In this document: one piece after another, positions 20,677-30,875 of the stretch
How positions within the stretch are numbered: the stretch's first letter is position 1
How the letters are laid out: each line of letters starts with the position of its first letter
DNA from: an uncultured Gemmatimonadaceae bacterium
Lineage (GTDB): Bacteria > Gemmatimonadota > Gemmatimonadetes > Gemmatimonadales > Gemmatimonadaceae
Direction: 5' to 3'
Assembly: GCA_963843845.1 (NCBI GenBank)
Contig: CAWJMB010000002.1
Coordinates: 3,296,001-3,360,000 of the forward strand
DNA length: 64,000 nucleotides
Program-made: the position numbers and the translations under genes
The notes under the pieces: model-generated
Told to the model about the DNA's origin: nothing
Databases searched by the model: none
The model's input: only the letters and a program-made list of their open reading frames with translations

Positions 20677-23600
20677 GTGACCGCCCCGCCCCTCGGCCCC
20701 ACTTCACTCCTCGCCGGTCGGTACGCGATCGAGCGCGAGCTCGGACGCGGCGCGAGCGCGGTCGTCTACCTCGCGCGCGACCGCGTGCACGACCGGCCGG
20801 TCGCGGTGAAGGTGCTGCGCCCCGAGTTCGCCGAATCGTTAGGCGCCGAGCGCTTCCTGCGCGAGGTCAAGGTGACGTCGCGGCTGCAGCATCCGCGGAT
20901 CGTGAGCGTGCTCGACGCGGGCGCCGACGGCGACCGGCTGTTCTTCGTCGACGCCGTACCTCGACGGCGGCACGCTTCGCGAGCGGCTCACGCGCGAGCG
21001 CCAGCTGCCGATCGGTGCGGCGGTCGCGGTCGCGCACGCGGTGGCGACGGCGCTCGACTACGCGCACCGCCAGGGGCTGCTCCACCGCGACGTGAAGCCC
21101 GAGAACATCCTGTTCTCCGGCGACGAGCCCTGCCTCGCCGACTTCGGGATCGCGCGCGCGCTCGACGACGCCGGGTGGACGACGACGACGGGGATCGTGC
21201 GCGGCACGCCGGCCTACATGAGCCCGGAGCAGGCGAGCGGCGAGTCGACGTACGACGGACGGAGCGACATCTACTCGCTCGGCTGCGTGCTCTACGAGAT
21301 GCTCGCTGGCGTGATGCCCTTCCACGGCGCGACGCCGCAGGCGGTGCTCGCGCAACGGTTCACGCATGCGCCCGAGTCGTTAGGCAGGTATCGGGCGACG
21401 GTGCCGGCGGGGCTCGAGCGGGTGGTCATGCAGGCGCTCGCGCCGGCGCCGGCGGACCGGTGGGGGAACGGCGCAGGACATTCGCGGATGCGCTCGCGGC
21501 GACGGGGCTCGCTGCATTCGACGGGCGGGTGGAGCGGGGGCGGCACCGTGGGCCCGCCGCCCGACGTCGGGCCGCCGCGTCTCCGTGCGACCCGTCGGCG
21601 TCGTCCGTATGCCGTCGCGGGAGTCGCGGCCGCCGCCGCGCTCGCCGTCGGACTGTGGACATCCGGCGCGGCGAGCAGAGGAAGCCCGGGCGGCGGCGAT
21701 TCGGTGAGCGCAGACGGCACGCCCGACGCCGGGGCCGCGCCGCTTCGGGTACACGTGGCGCCGGCGACACGCGTGACCGACTCGGACGTGCCGGTCGCCG
21801 CACGCTTCAGCGAGGCGATCCGCGCGGAGCTCGCGGGATGGACCGGCGTCGAGGTGACCGACACGCCTGGCGACGCGGCCCTCTCCATCGTGCCGAGCGT
21901 GGCCGCGCTCGGCGACTCGGTGCACGTGTCGCTCGCCCTGCGCGCGCAGCGCGGAGGCGAGCGCCGCGTCCTCCGCCGGGTCAGCGCCGGCGAGGTCACG
22001 ACGCCGGCGGTCGTCGCGGGACTCGTGCGAGACGCCCTCGCCGGAGCCGACGGAGCGAAGGCCGACGGGCTCGAGCGAATGCCGGGTCGCTCACTCGCGG
22101 CGCTGCGCGCCTACGTGAGCGGCTGGCAGGCGCTCCGCGATGGGCGGTTCGAGAGTGCGGCGGCGAGACTCCGCCTCGCGAGTCGCCTCGATCCGGCATT
22201 CGCGCAGGCGTCGTTGTGGGCCGCGCAGAGCGGCGCGTGGGCAGACCCGAAGCTCGTGCGTGCCTGGCGAGCCGATGCCGCCGCCGCGTACCAGCGGGCC
22301 GGCCTGTCGGTCGGCGAATCCTGGCACGCTGCCGCGCTGCGCGCGATGTCCGAGAACCGATATCCCGAGGCGTGTGACGCGTTCCGTTCGATGACGCGAG
22401 TGGCGCCGACGGCGTTCGCGGCCTGGTTCGGCCTGGGCGAGTGCGCTCGCCTCGACAGCACCGTCATTCGGACGCCGCGCGGGCCTGCATTCCGCGGAAG
22501 CTACTGGTCGGCGCTGGCGGCCTATCGTGAGGCGGTCGACAACGCCACGGAATCCCGCCTCCTGGGCGCACTGTTCCAGCGTATCGCCGAGACGTGCAAC
22601 GCGACTGGCGGTCGCGCGCGGAACGGTTGGGTCGCGGATGGCGCTCGGATGCCCTACGCGGCGCTCCCATCCCTCGACCACGACTCGGTCGCCTACGTGC
22701 CGCTTCCGTACGCCACCTTCGTGGCCGGCGGTCAGGGCGCCGTCCCCGCGTCGTACGACGCGGCCGTGCGCCTGGGCCGAACGGTGGCCCTCGAGCTGAC
22801 GGAGCGATGGGTTCGACGATCACCGGAATCCGGCGTCGCCTGGTTGCAGCACGCGCTCGCACTCGAGCGCACCGGCCAGCTCGCTCCCGGCACCCCCGAG
22901 CGGTCGGCACCCGCTGCGCTCGATCGGGCCGCCATGCGGCTGAACGACCTGCCGAGCCTCGCCCACCTCGGCGTCGCGCGGACCAGATTCGCGCTCCGGC
23001 TCGGCGACTACGGCGGCGCGAAGGCCGCCGCCGCGCGCACGATCGCTCTGGTGAGCGACTCGGCCGGTCCGGACGTCAGCGCCTCGGTCGCACCGCTCGC
23101 TGCACTGATCGACGACACCGCTGCGGTGAAGCGACTGTTGAGCGTGGGAGGCTCCGACCCCGCGCTGCCCATGACGCTCGCGACTCGGACGCGCGACTTC
23201 GCCGTCGTCTCGGCGCTCGGCCACTGCGACGCGCTCGCGGCGCGCCGCGCGGCGCTGGACACGGCGTTCGGCGTGGCGTTCGCGAAGAACGACCTGCGGG
23301 CGCTGCGCGAGCGACACCTCCACCCCCTCTATCGCGGTGCCGTGCCCTGCCTGGGCCCCGGGATCGTCGGCGAGTTCGCTCCGACGCTTCCGATCGACAC
23401 GGCCTTCACTCTCCTCGATCGCGGCGACCCGCGAGGCGCCGCCGACGTCGTCCTGCGGTTGCAGGCTCGGCGCGCAGGCGCGGCGTCGGCGGCCGTCAGC
23501 TGGGACCAGCTCTTTCTCGAGTCGTGGACCCTGGTGCAGTCCGGTGACACGGCCTCGGCGCGACGACTCCTGATCGACGCGTACGACGATCCCGCGCTGC

Positions 23601-23743
23601 TCAACCCGCTGACACTCGACTGGGTCGAGCTCGCGGCGGGGTTCCGCCGCGGTCTCTCGCTGCTGTCGCAGATCGACCGCGCTCCCGCGGCAACCGGCGC
23701 GCGCGGACGATGGGCGCACCGCGTTGCCCAACTCTCCACCTGA
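20677..23743 (+). CDS. Hanks-type Ser/Thr protein kinase with TM segment and long helical (TPR-like) C-terminus; frameshift near 20950
   Basis: LGRGASAVVY, VAVKVL, HRDVKPEN, DFG, GTPAYMSPEQ, SDIYSLG; TM AVAGVAAAAALAVGLW. Confidence 0.92.
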
Positions 23744-23762
23744 CCTGACGCGAGGCCCGACC

Positions 23763-24848
23763 ATGCTCCGATCGCTCGTCACACTGCTCGCCTGCGCGCT
23801 CGCCCTCTCGTCCTGCGCCGAGCCGGCCCGGCAGGCCGCCTCGGCGCCGGAGACGACCGGAGCGACCGCGCAGCCGATGTCCCAGCAGCAGCGCGTCCCG
23901 ACGTACGACGAGGCCGTCGACGCCGCCGACGCGGTCAGCAATCCGTGCAGCCAGGGCGCCAGCGGCGATCGATGCCGCGGCCGCCCCGGCAAGGAATGGG
24001 CGCAGCGCGATGACGCGACCAAGAAGGACGCCCGGAAGCACATCGCGACCGCCCTCATGACGCTCTCGACCAACCTGGGCGACCCCAAGCCGAGCGAGTT
24101 TCGGGAACGCGCGGCAGACGGCGGCACGACCCAGCGGCTCGCGATCACCGCAGTGGACGCGGCCCGGCGGATGCGCATTCGAGACTTCGACGCGGACGCC
24201 GAAGGCGCGCGGGGCATCGTCGTGGCTCGCATCCGCGCGAAGATGGGCAGCGGCTGGAAGCGCGATCTGCAGTTCGGCGCCGGGCCGCAGGCCGCCGGAG
24301 ACTGGGACGAAGACTTCTTCCTGATCGTCGTCGACCGCAAGAACACCGATCAGACACTCCAGCCGGACGCGAGCTACATCGTCGGGAAGTGGCAGCTGTG
24401 GGGACTCAAACGCGTGAAGGGATACAACGAGGCCCACCGAGTGGACGGCAAGACGCTGGATCGCCCGTTCCGGCTCTGCGCGCGCGCGCACCCGCTCGAC
24501 GACGTCGGGAACGTCGCGCAGTTCATCCCGTGCAAGACCGCCCACCTGCTGCAGGAGGCGCTCGCCGCCGACTCCGTGCTCCGCAAGGCCGTCGGTCACC
24601 GGGCGCTGGCGGCCGCCGTCTCCGAGGACTCGGGGCTGCCGCTCGCCGACACGTCGGGCGTCCAGCCGACGACCAAGGTCCGGCGCGAGGCGCTGATCGA
24701 CGCCGCGCTCGCAGGGTTCGTCAAGGTCCACTCGCTCGCCTATCTGACGGCCGCGCAGCGCACCCTGCTCCGGAGCGCGCTCGGCGACGCGGACGCGCCG
24801 GGCTGGATGCCGTGCGGCCTGGGCTGCTGTGTGGCCGGGGACCAGTAG
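23763..24848 (+). CDS. Hypothetical lipoprotein with several Cys residues
   Basis: MLRSLVTLLACALALSSC lipobox; C-terminal GWMPCGLGCCVAGDQ; intact 361 aa. Confidence 0.75.
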   Translation: MLRSLVTLLACALALSSCAEPARQAASAPETTGATAQPMSQQQRVPTYDEAVDAADAVSNPCSQGASGDRCRGRPGKEWAQRDDATKKDARKHIATALMTLSTNLGDPKPSEFRERAADGGTTQRLAITAVDAARRMRIRDFDADAEGARGIVVARIRAKMGSGWKRDLQFGAGPQAAGDWDEDFFLIVVDRKNTDQTLQPDASYIVGKWQLWGLKRVKGYNEAHRVDGKTLDRPFRLCARAHPLDDVGNVAQFIPCKTAHLLQEALAADSVLRKAVGHRALAAAVSEDSGLPLADTSGVQPTTKVRREALIDAALAGFVKVHSLAYLTAAQRTLLRSALGDADAPGWMPCGLGCCVAGDQ

Positions 24849-24854
24849 CGCCCT

Positions 24855-24913
24855 CTCCTATTGACATTCGATACGAGCGACCGTACGCTCTCCTATCGTC
24901 ACTCGATAGGAGA
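24855..24913 (+). promoter_or_regulatory. sigma70 promoter overlapped by two palindromic operators
   Basis: TTGACA (24861)-17 bp-TACGCT (24884); CTCCTATTG-N5-CGATACGAG and perfect TCTCCTATCG-N5-CGATAGGAGA. Confidence 0.85.
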
Positions 24914-24922
24914 CGCCCCCGC

Positions 24923-25255
24923 GTGCCGCCGAAAGCCCCGACCCTGCTCCAGGGAACGCTCGACCTCCTCGTCCTGAGGGCCCTCGCCCTCCAGGAGCTC
25001 CACGGCCTCGGCGTCGCCCGGCGCGTCGAGCAGATCACCGGCGGCACGTTCCAGGTCAGACCCGGCTCGCTCTTCCCGGCACTCCACCGCATGGAGGAGG
25101 CGGGCTGGCTCGCCGCCGAATGGGGCGAGTCGGAGAACAACCGCCGCGCGAAGTTCTACCGCCTCACCGCCGCCGGCCGGAGGCAGCTCGCCGTCGAGAC
25201 GCGGCAGTGGGAGACGATCTCGGTCGCGATCGCCGCGGCCATCGCCGCCACCTGA
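24923..25255 (+). CDS. PadR-family transcriptional regulator (acidobacterial subgroup)
   Basis: LLQGTLDLLVLRAL..HGLGVARRVEQ..GSLFPALHRME..WGESENNRRAKFYRLT..GRRQL; AGGAG RBS upstream. Confidence 0.93.
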   Translation: MPPKAPTLLQGTLDLLVLRALALQELHGLGVARRVEQITGGTFQVRPGSLFPALHRMEEAGWLAAEWGESENNRRAKFYRLTAAGRRQLAVETRQWETISVAIAAAIAAT

Positions 25256-25266
25256 GGCGCGCCGCC

Positions 25267-28038
25267 ATGCGATCGCCCGCGCGCCTCCTCGCCCGCCTCC
25301 GCCACTTCTGGCTCGACGTCCGCCACCGCGACCACGTCGAGCACGCGCTCGACGCCGAGCTCGCGTCGTACGTCGAGCTGCTGGCCGACGAGAAGCGGCG
25401 CGCCGGGCTGAGCGCGCACGACGCGCTCCGCGCCGCCCGCGCCGAGGCCGGCGACGTGGAACGCGTGAAGGAGCACGTCCGCGCCGCACGGGTCGACCGC
25501 TGGCTCTACACCGCGCTCCCCGATCTGCGCCACGCCGGCCGCACGCTGCGCCGCGCACCGGGCTTCGCGCTGATCGCCGTCGCGACGCTCGCGTTGGGCG
25601 TCGGCGGCACCGCGGGCATCTTCGCCGTCGCCGACGCGGCGCTGCTGCGGCCGCCGGCCGGCGTGCGTGAGCCGGACCGCCTCATCTCGCTGCTGCGCGA
25701 CGAGCGCGGCGACACCTATCGCAACTTCAGCCACCCCGACTTCGTCGACCTGCGCGACGCGGCGCGGGCGCTCGAAGGACTGACCGCGTACCGCATGGCG
25801 ATGCTCAGCGTCGGCGGCGAGCGCGACGGCGGCGAGCGCGACGGCGCGGCCGAGCGCGTGCGCGGCGCGGTCGTCTCCGGGTCGTACTTCGGCGTGCTCG
25901 GCGCGCGTCTCGCGCTCGGTCGACCGTTAGGCGCCGGCGACGATCGCCCCGACGCGCCGCCCGCGGTCGTGCTGTCCGACGCGTTCTGGCGGCGCGCGTT
26001 CGGCGCGGATCCCGCGGTGCTCGGCGCCACGCTGACGCTGAACGGGCAGACGTTCGCCGTCGTCGGCGTGACCGAGCCCGGCTTCGTGGGCGTGGCGGGG
26101 GGCGAGCCGGCGCACGTGTGGGTGCCGCTCTCGCAGTTTCGCCTGACGATGCCGTACCTGGGCGACGCGGTGCTCGCGGACCGCAGCGCGGGGTGGCTCG
26201 CCCTCGTCGGCCGGCTGCGCGACGGCGCGAGCGCGGCGAGCGCGGCGGCCGAGCTGCGGAACGCCGCGCGCCGGCTCGCCGACGCGTACCCGGTGACGAA
26301 CGCCGGCCGCACGGTCCAGGTGCTCGAGGGCGCCGGACTCTACCCCGACGACCGGGCCGAGGTCGGCGACGTGTTGGGCATCCTCGGCGGCGCGGTCGCC
26401 CTGCTGCTCGCGGTGACGTGCGTGAACGTGGCCGGGCTGCTGCTCGTGCGCTCGGCGGCGCGCACGCGCGAGATCGCCGCGCGGCTCGCGTTAGGCGCGA
26501 CGCGAACGCGGCTCGCGCGACTCGTACTCGCCGAAGGGCTCGTGATCGGCGCGCTCGCCGTCGTACCGGCGGTGGTGATCGCGTGGGGCGTCGCGCGCGT
26601 GGCGACGGCGCTGCAGCCGGCGTCCTCGTTGCTCGCGTCGCTGCAAGTCGCCCCGGACGCGCGCGTCCTCGGCGCGGCGCTGCTGCTCGCCATCGCGACC
26701 GGCGCGCTGGTCGCGCTCGTGCCGGCCGTCCGCGTGTCGCGCGTCGATCCCGCGACCGTGCTCGCCGCGACCTCGGCGCGCGCGGGGGGCTCGCAGTCGC
26801 GCGCGCAGCGGACGCTCGTCGCGCTGCAGGTCGCGCTGTCGGCGGTGCTCATCGTCGCCGCGGGTCTCACGGTCGACGCGCTGCGCCGCGCGTTCGGCGC
26901 CGACCCGGGATACGAGGCGTCGCGGGTCGGACTCGCGTCGGTCGACCTCGGCCTGCGGCGCTACGACGCGGCGCGCGGGACGGCGTTCTACGGCGCGCTC
27001 CTCGAGCGGCTCCGCGCGACGCCCGGGATCGAGTCGGCGACGCTCGCGAAGACGATGCCGCCGCGCGACTGGAGCAGTCGCGTCTCGATCTTCACCCCCG
27101 GCGAGGAGCCGCCGCTCGCCGATCTGCGGGCGCGCGAGTACGACTACGGCGTGCAGGTGCGGCTCAACCACGTCGCCCCCGACTTCTTCGCGACGTTAGG
27201 CATCCCGCTGCTCCGCGGGCGCGACTTCACGACGCGAGACGACGCGCGCGCGGGCGCGGCCGGAGGCGTCGCGATCGTCAGCGCGCGGCTCGCGCGCCAG
27301 CTGTGGGGGAACGCGGACCCGGTCGGCCGCCGCATCTCGTGGCCCACCGTGTACGGTCCGGACAGCACGTCCGCGCGTCCGCCCCTCACCGTCGTCGGCG
27401 TCGCGGCCGACATGCGGTATCTGTCGCTCACCGACGAGCCGCCGCTGCTGCTGTACGTGCCGGTGCTGCACGAGTACGACGCGCGGGCGACGATCGCCGT
27501 GCGCGTCGCCTGCTCGCGCGCGGAGCCGTGCGACCCGGCACAGGGCGCGGCCGCGATCGCGCGCGCCGTGCGTGCCATCGACCCGACCCTCCCCGTGTCC
27601 GACGTGCAGACGATGCGCCGGCACATGGAGAACTCGCTCTGGCGGCAGCGGACCGCGTCGGCGTGGATGCTCGCGTTCGGCGCGCTCGCCGTCGCGCTCA
27701 CCTCGCTCGGCGCGTACGGCGTCGCGGCGCAGTCGGTCGCGGCGCGGGCGCGCGAGCTGAGCGTGCGCCTCGCGCTGGGCGCCGATCCGTCGACGGTCGC
27801 ACGTTCGGTGGTGCGCGAGGCGCTCACGCTCGCCGCCGCCGGCCTCGCGATCGGCGTCCCGGCGGCGCTCGCGGCGACGCGTCTCGTCCGCGCGACGATC
27901 GACGGCGCGACCGGGTCGAGCGTGCCGCACGTCGCGCTCGCCGTCGGCGCCGTCGTCGTCGCGACGCTCGCCGCCTGCGTCGCGCCCGCACGCCGCGCCG
28001 CGCGCGCCAACCCGGCGGCGGCGCTACGCAGCGAGTGA
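25267..28038 (+). CDS. ADOP-type duplicated ABC permease with N-terminal prefix domain
   Basis: 'LDAELASYVELL..A..AARAE.G.VERVKE' prefix, RRAPGF, TCVNVAGLLL..R.REIAARLALGA, PARRAAR; intact 923 aa. Confidence 0.93.
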   Translation: MRSPARLLARLRHFWLDVRHRDHVEHALDAELASYVELLADEKRRAGLSAHDALRAARAEAGDVERVKEHVRAARVDRWLYTALPDLRHAGRTLRRAPGFALIAVATLALGVGGTAGIFAVADAALLRPPAGVREPDRLISLLRDERGDTYRNFSHPDFVDLRDAARALEGLTAYRMAMLSVGGERDGGERDGAAERVRGAVVSGSYFGVLGARLALGRPLGAGDDRPDAPPAVVLSDAFWRRAFGADPAVLGATLTLNGQTFAVVGVTEPGFVGVAGGEPAHVWVPLSQFRLTMPYLGDAVLADRSAGWLALVGRLRDGASAASAAAELRNAARRLADAYPVTNAGRTVQVLEGAGLYPDDRAEVGDVLGILGGAVALLLAVTCVNVAGLLLVRSAARTREIAARLALGATRTRLARLVLAEGLVIGALAVVPAVVIAWGVARVATALQPASSLLASLQVAPDARVLGAALLLAIATGALVALVPAVRVSRVDPATVLAATSARAGGSQSRAQRTLVALQVALSAVLIVAAGLTVDALRRAFGADPGYEASRVGLASVDLGLRRYDAARGTAFYGALLERLRATPGIESATLAKTMPPRDWSSRVSIFTPGEEPPLADLRAREYDYGVQVRLNHVAPDFFATLGIPLLRGRDFTTRDDARAGAAGGVAIVSARLARQLWGNADPVGRRISWPTVYGPDSTSARPPLTVVGVAADMRYLSLTDEPPLLLYVPVLHEYDARATIAVRVACSRAEPCDPAQGAAAIARAVRAIDPTLPVSDVQTMRRHMENSLWRQRTASAWMLAFGALAVALTSLGAYGVAAQSVAARARELSVRLALGADPSTVARSVVREALTLAAAGLAIGVPAALAATRLVRATIDGATGSSVPHVALAVGAVVVATLAACVAPARRAARANPAAALRSE

Positions 28039-28147
28039 CCGCTCGGCGGCTCCACGCTCACGCACGGCGCCACGCTCACGCACGGCTCGCGCTGCCGGAC
28101 GCCGCCTGACGGCGGACCGCTCGGACGCGTCTCACACGGAGGTCCGC

Positions 28148-29320
28148 ATGCGCATACCACTCGCCGCTCGCGCCACGCCGCTGGCGTGTCTCTGCGTCGC
28201 GCTCACGGCACCCACCGCCGTCCGCGAGCACACGTCACCGAACGGCCACGTCGTCGCCGCCTCGGAGATGGCCGTCGCGCGGGCGAGCCACACGAGCACC
28301 CTCCTCCCCGACGGGCGCGTGCTCGTCACGGGCGGCTTCGCGGGGAGCGGCAGCGAGGGCGCGCCGTTCGCGAGCTCCGAGCTGTTCACGCCGTCGACCG
28401 GCCGCTTCACGAGCGGCCCACCGATGCGCGTCGCCCGGGTCGGCCACACGGCGACGTCGCTGCCGAACGGTTCGGTGCTCGTCCTCGGCGGCTGGACGGG
28501 AAGCTTCGCGGCGACGGCGGCGGCCGAGCGCTACGATCCGGCGACCAGCGCGTTCGTCGACGCGGGAGCGATGGCCGCGCCGCGCGCCGACCAGACGGCG
28601 ACGCTCCTCGCCGACGGCCGCGTGCTCGTCACCGGCGGCACCGACCCACAGATGACCGCGCTCGCGACGGCCGAGTTGTACGACCCCGCCGCGGGACGCT
28701 TCACGCCGACCGGACCGCTGGCGCACGCGCGCTTCTCACACACCGCGACGCGCCTCGCCGACGGCCGCGTCCTGATCGTCGGCGGCGGGAGCGGGCGGCG
28801 CGCCGACAAGGTGCTGCACGCGGAGGCGGAGCTCTACGACCCGGCGACCGGCCGCTTCACCGCGGCGGGAACGTTAGGCACCCCCCGCCACAAGCACGCC
28901 GCGACGCTGCTCGCGGACGGCTCGGTGCTCGTCGTCGGCGGGTCCGACCTGCGCGACGGGCGCGGGCAGCTGACGTCGGTCGAGCGGTGGAGACCGGCCC
29001 GCGGCGGGACCGCGGGCGGCGCGCCGATCCGCGGCACGTTCGCGCCCGCGGCGCCGCTCCGCGGCGCCCGCTTCAAGCTCGGCCCCGCGGTCGCCGCGCT
29101 CGCCGACGGACGGGTCGTCGTGGCCGGCGGCGCGCCGACCGTCGAGATCTACGACGCGGCGACGGGCGTGTTCCACACCGTCGACGGATCGTTGGGCGCC
29201 GCCCGCTACTTCTCCGCCGCGTCGCGCCTGCGCGACGGCAGCGTGCTGGTCACCGGCGGCTACGCGGACTCGCGCAGCGGCCCCGAGTCGACGCGGCGGA
29301 CCTTCATCGTCCACCCGTAG
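28148..29320 (+). CDS. Secreted Kelch-repeat beta-propeller protein
   Basis: About seven repeats of R..HTATLL.DGRVLV.GG..AELYDPATG.F; N-terminal signal-like segment. Confidence 0.9.
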   Translation: MRIPLAARATPLACLCVALTAPTAVREHTSPNGHVVAASEMAVARASHTSTLLPDGRVLVTGGFAGSGSEGAPFASSELFTPSTGRFTSGPPMRVARVGHTATSLPNGSVLVLGGWTGSFAATAAAERYDPATSAFVDAGAMAAPRADQTATLLADGRVLVTGGTDPQMTALATAELYDPAAGRFTPTGPLAHARFSHTATRLADGRVLIVGGGSGRRADKVLHAEAELYDPATGRFTAAGTLGTPRHKHAATLLADGSVLVVGGSDLRDGRGQLTSVERWRPARGGTAGGAPIRGTFAPAAPLRGARFKLGPAVAALADGRVVVAGGAPTVEIYDAATGVFHTVDGSLGAARYFSAASRLRDGSVLVTGGYADSRSGPESTRRTFIVHP

Positions 29321-29351
29321 GCACCGCCCCACCTCGTCCGTCGTGCGTCAC

Positions 29352-29474
29352 ACCGCATCACCGCCGTTCGACCGCCGTTCGACCGCCGTTCGACCGCCGT
29401 TCGACCGCCGTTCGACCGCCGTTCGACCGCCGTGACACTGCGGACCCACCGCGGTCGAACGGCGGTGATGCGGT
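29352..29474. repeat. 11-bp tandem ACCGCCGTTCG x6 plus a partial copy, enclosed in a 23-bp inverted repeat
   Basis: accgcatcaccgccgttcgaccg (29352) is the reverse complement of cggtcgaacggcggtgatgcggt (29452-29474); between convergent genes. Confidence 0.9.
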
Positions 29475-29509
29475 TCGAATCACGGCGGACGAGGTACGGC
29501 GGACGGTCT

Positions 29510-30820
29510 CTACCAGCTCATGCTCACGCCGGCCCACACGATCGCCGCGCGGTACGTCTCCGCCGCATCGCGCGGCGCGATCCCGATCGCCGAGCAGGCG
29601 TCCGTCGCCGCGTCCCAGTCGCCGCGCTCCTGCGCCTCGACGAGCGCGAGGATCGGCGCGTGCGGCCCCGACCGCGTCAGCAGCGCGTCGCGCACCTCCG
29701 GCGCGATCGCCATCCGCTCGAGGATCCCCGACATCGGCATCTTGAGCAGCACGTCGAGGAGCGAGAACAACCCGGTGAGGAACAGTGCCCCCATGTGCGC
29801 CGGCCGCCCACCGCGCTCCGCCACCAGCTCGCACATCCGCGCCCGCGCCAGCGCCGTCATCACCAGCTCGCCGGCGATCCCGTTGTTCGTCCCCGACGTC
29901 GACACGAGCAGCAGCGACAGCCAGCGGTGCAGCGCCTTCCGCCCGACGAGACGAAGGGCATAGCCGATCGACTGCACGTCGCGCCCTCCGAACGACGCCG
30001 AGTTCGCGATGCGCAGCAGCTTGTACGACATCGACGGGTCGGTGCGGAACGCGTTCTCGATGTCGGCGTCGGTCGCCCGCGGGTCGTCGAGCAGCCCCAT
30101 GAGCCGCAGCATCGTCGTCTGCTCGGTGCTCAGCTCGCGGTGCGAGACGATGATCGGCTTGCTGTAGAAGTACCCCTGGAACAGCGTGAAGCCGAGCCGC
30201 TTGCACGTGTCGCGCACCTCGGCCGTCTCCACCCGCTCGGCGAGAAGGCGGACGTTGTACGGACGCAGCTCGTCGACGGCGCGCTTGATGTCGGCCGCGT
30301 CGCGATCGAGCACGTCGAGCTTCACGATCGACGCGAGCTGGAGGAGCGCCTCGTAGCCGGGCGCGTTCACGAAGTCGTCGAGCGCGAGCGTGTAGCCGGC
30401 GGCCACCAGCGTCTTGCACGCCGCGACCACCTCGTCGTCCGGCTCGACCGTCTCGAGCAGCTCGATGACGACCGTCTTCGGGTCGAACAGCTCGTACAGG
30501 TTCCGCACGAGGAAGTCGCGCGTCATGTTCACGAACGCGATCGTGTTGTTCGTGAGCGGCGCCAGCCCGATCGTCATCAGCGTGTGCAGCACGGTGTCGG
30601 TGCACATCTGATCCGCGCTCACGCCGTTCGCCCAGTTGTGCTGCGTCCCGCTGCGGTAGAGCAGCTCGTACGCGAACAGCCGGTCGTTGCCGTCGAAGAT
30701 CGGCTGGCGAGCGACGAAGACGTCGTGGATCGGCGTCGGCCCGTCCCCCGTCACCTCGCCGGTGAACGAAGTCGAGGCGGGTGCCCCGGCGGGCGCGGGA
30801 CGGCGGAGGAGTGTCGGCAT
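29510..30820 (-). CDS. EAL-HDOD domain protein (YuxH/PdeH-like)
   Basis: FVARQPIFD..YELLYR, LALDDF, LLAERVET, FQGYFYSKP, then HDOD 'DPSMSYKLLRIANSA', GLFSLLD. Confidence 0.92.
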   Translation of the reverse strand: MPTLLRRPAPAGAPASTSFTGEVTGDGPTPIHDVFVARQPIFDGNDRLFAYELLYRSGTQHNWANGVSADQMCTDTVLHTLMTIGLAPLTNNTIAFVNMTRDFLVRNLYELFDPKTVVIELLETVEPDDEVVAACKTLVAAGYTLALDDFVNAPGYEALLQLASIVKLDVLDRDAADIKRAVDELRPYNVRLLAERVETAEVRDTCKRLGFTLFQGYFYSKPIIVSHRELSTEQTTMLRLMGLLDDPRATDADIENAFRTDPSMSYKLLRIANSASFGGRDVQSIGYALRLVGRKALHRWLSLLLVSTSGTNNGIAGELVMTALARARMCELVAERGGRPAHMGALFLTGLFSLLDVLLKMPMSGILERMAIAPEVRDALLTRSGPHAPILALVEAQERGDWDAATDACSAIGIAPRDAAETYRAAIVWAGVSMSW

Positions 30821-30875
30821 GGTATCGTTAGGACGACCGATCGCGCCGCTCGATACGCCCCCCTCTCGCCCCGCC

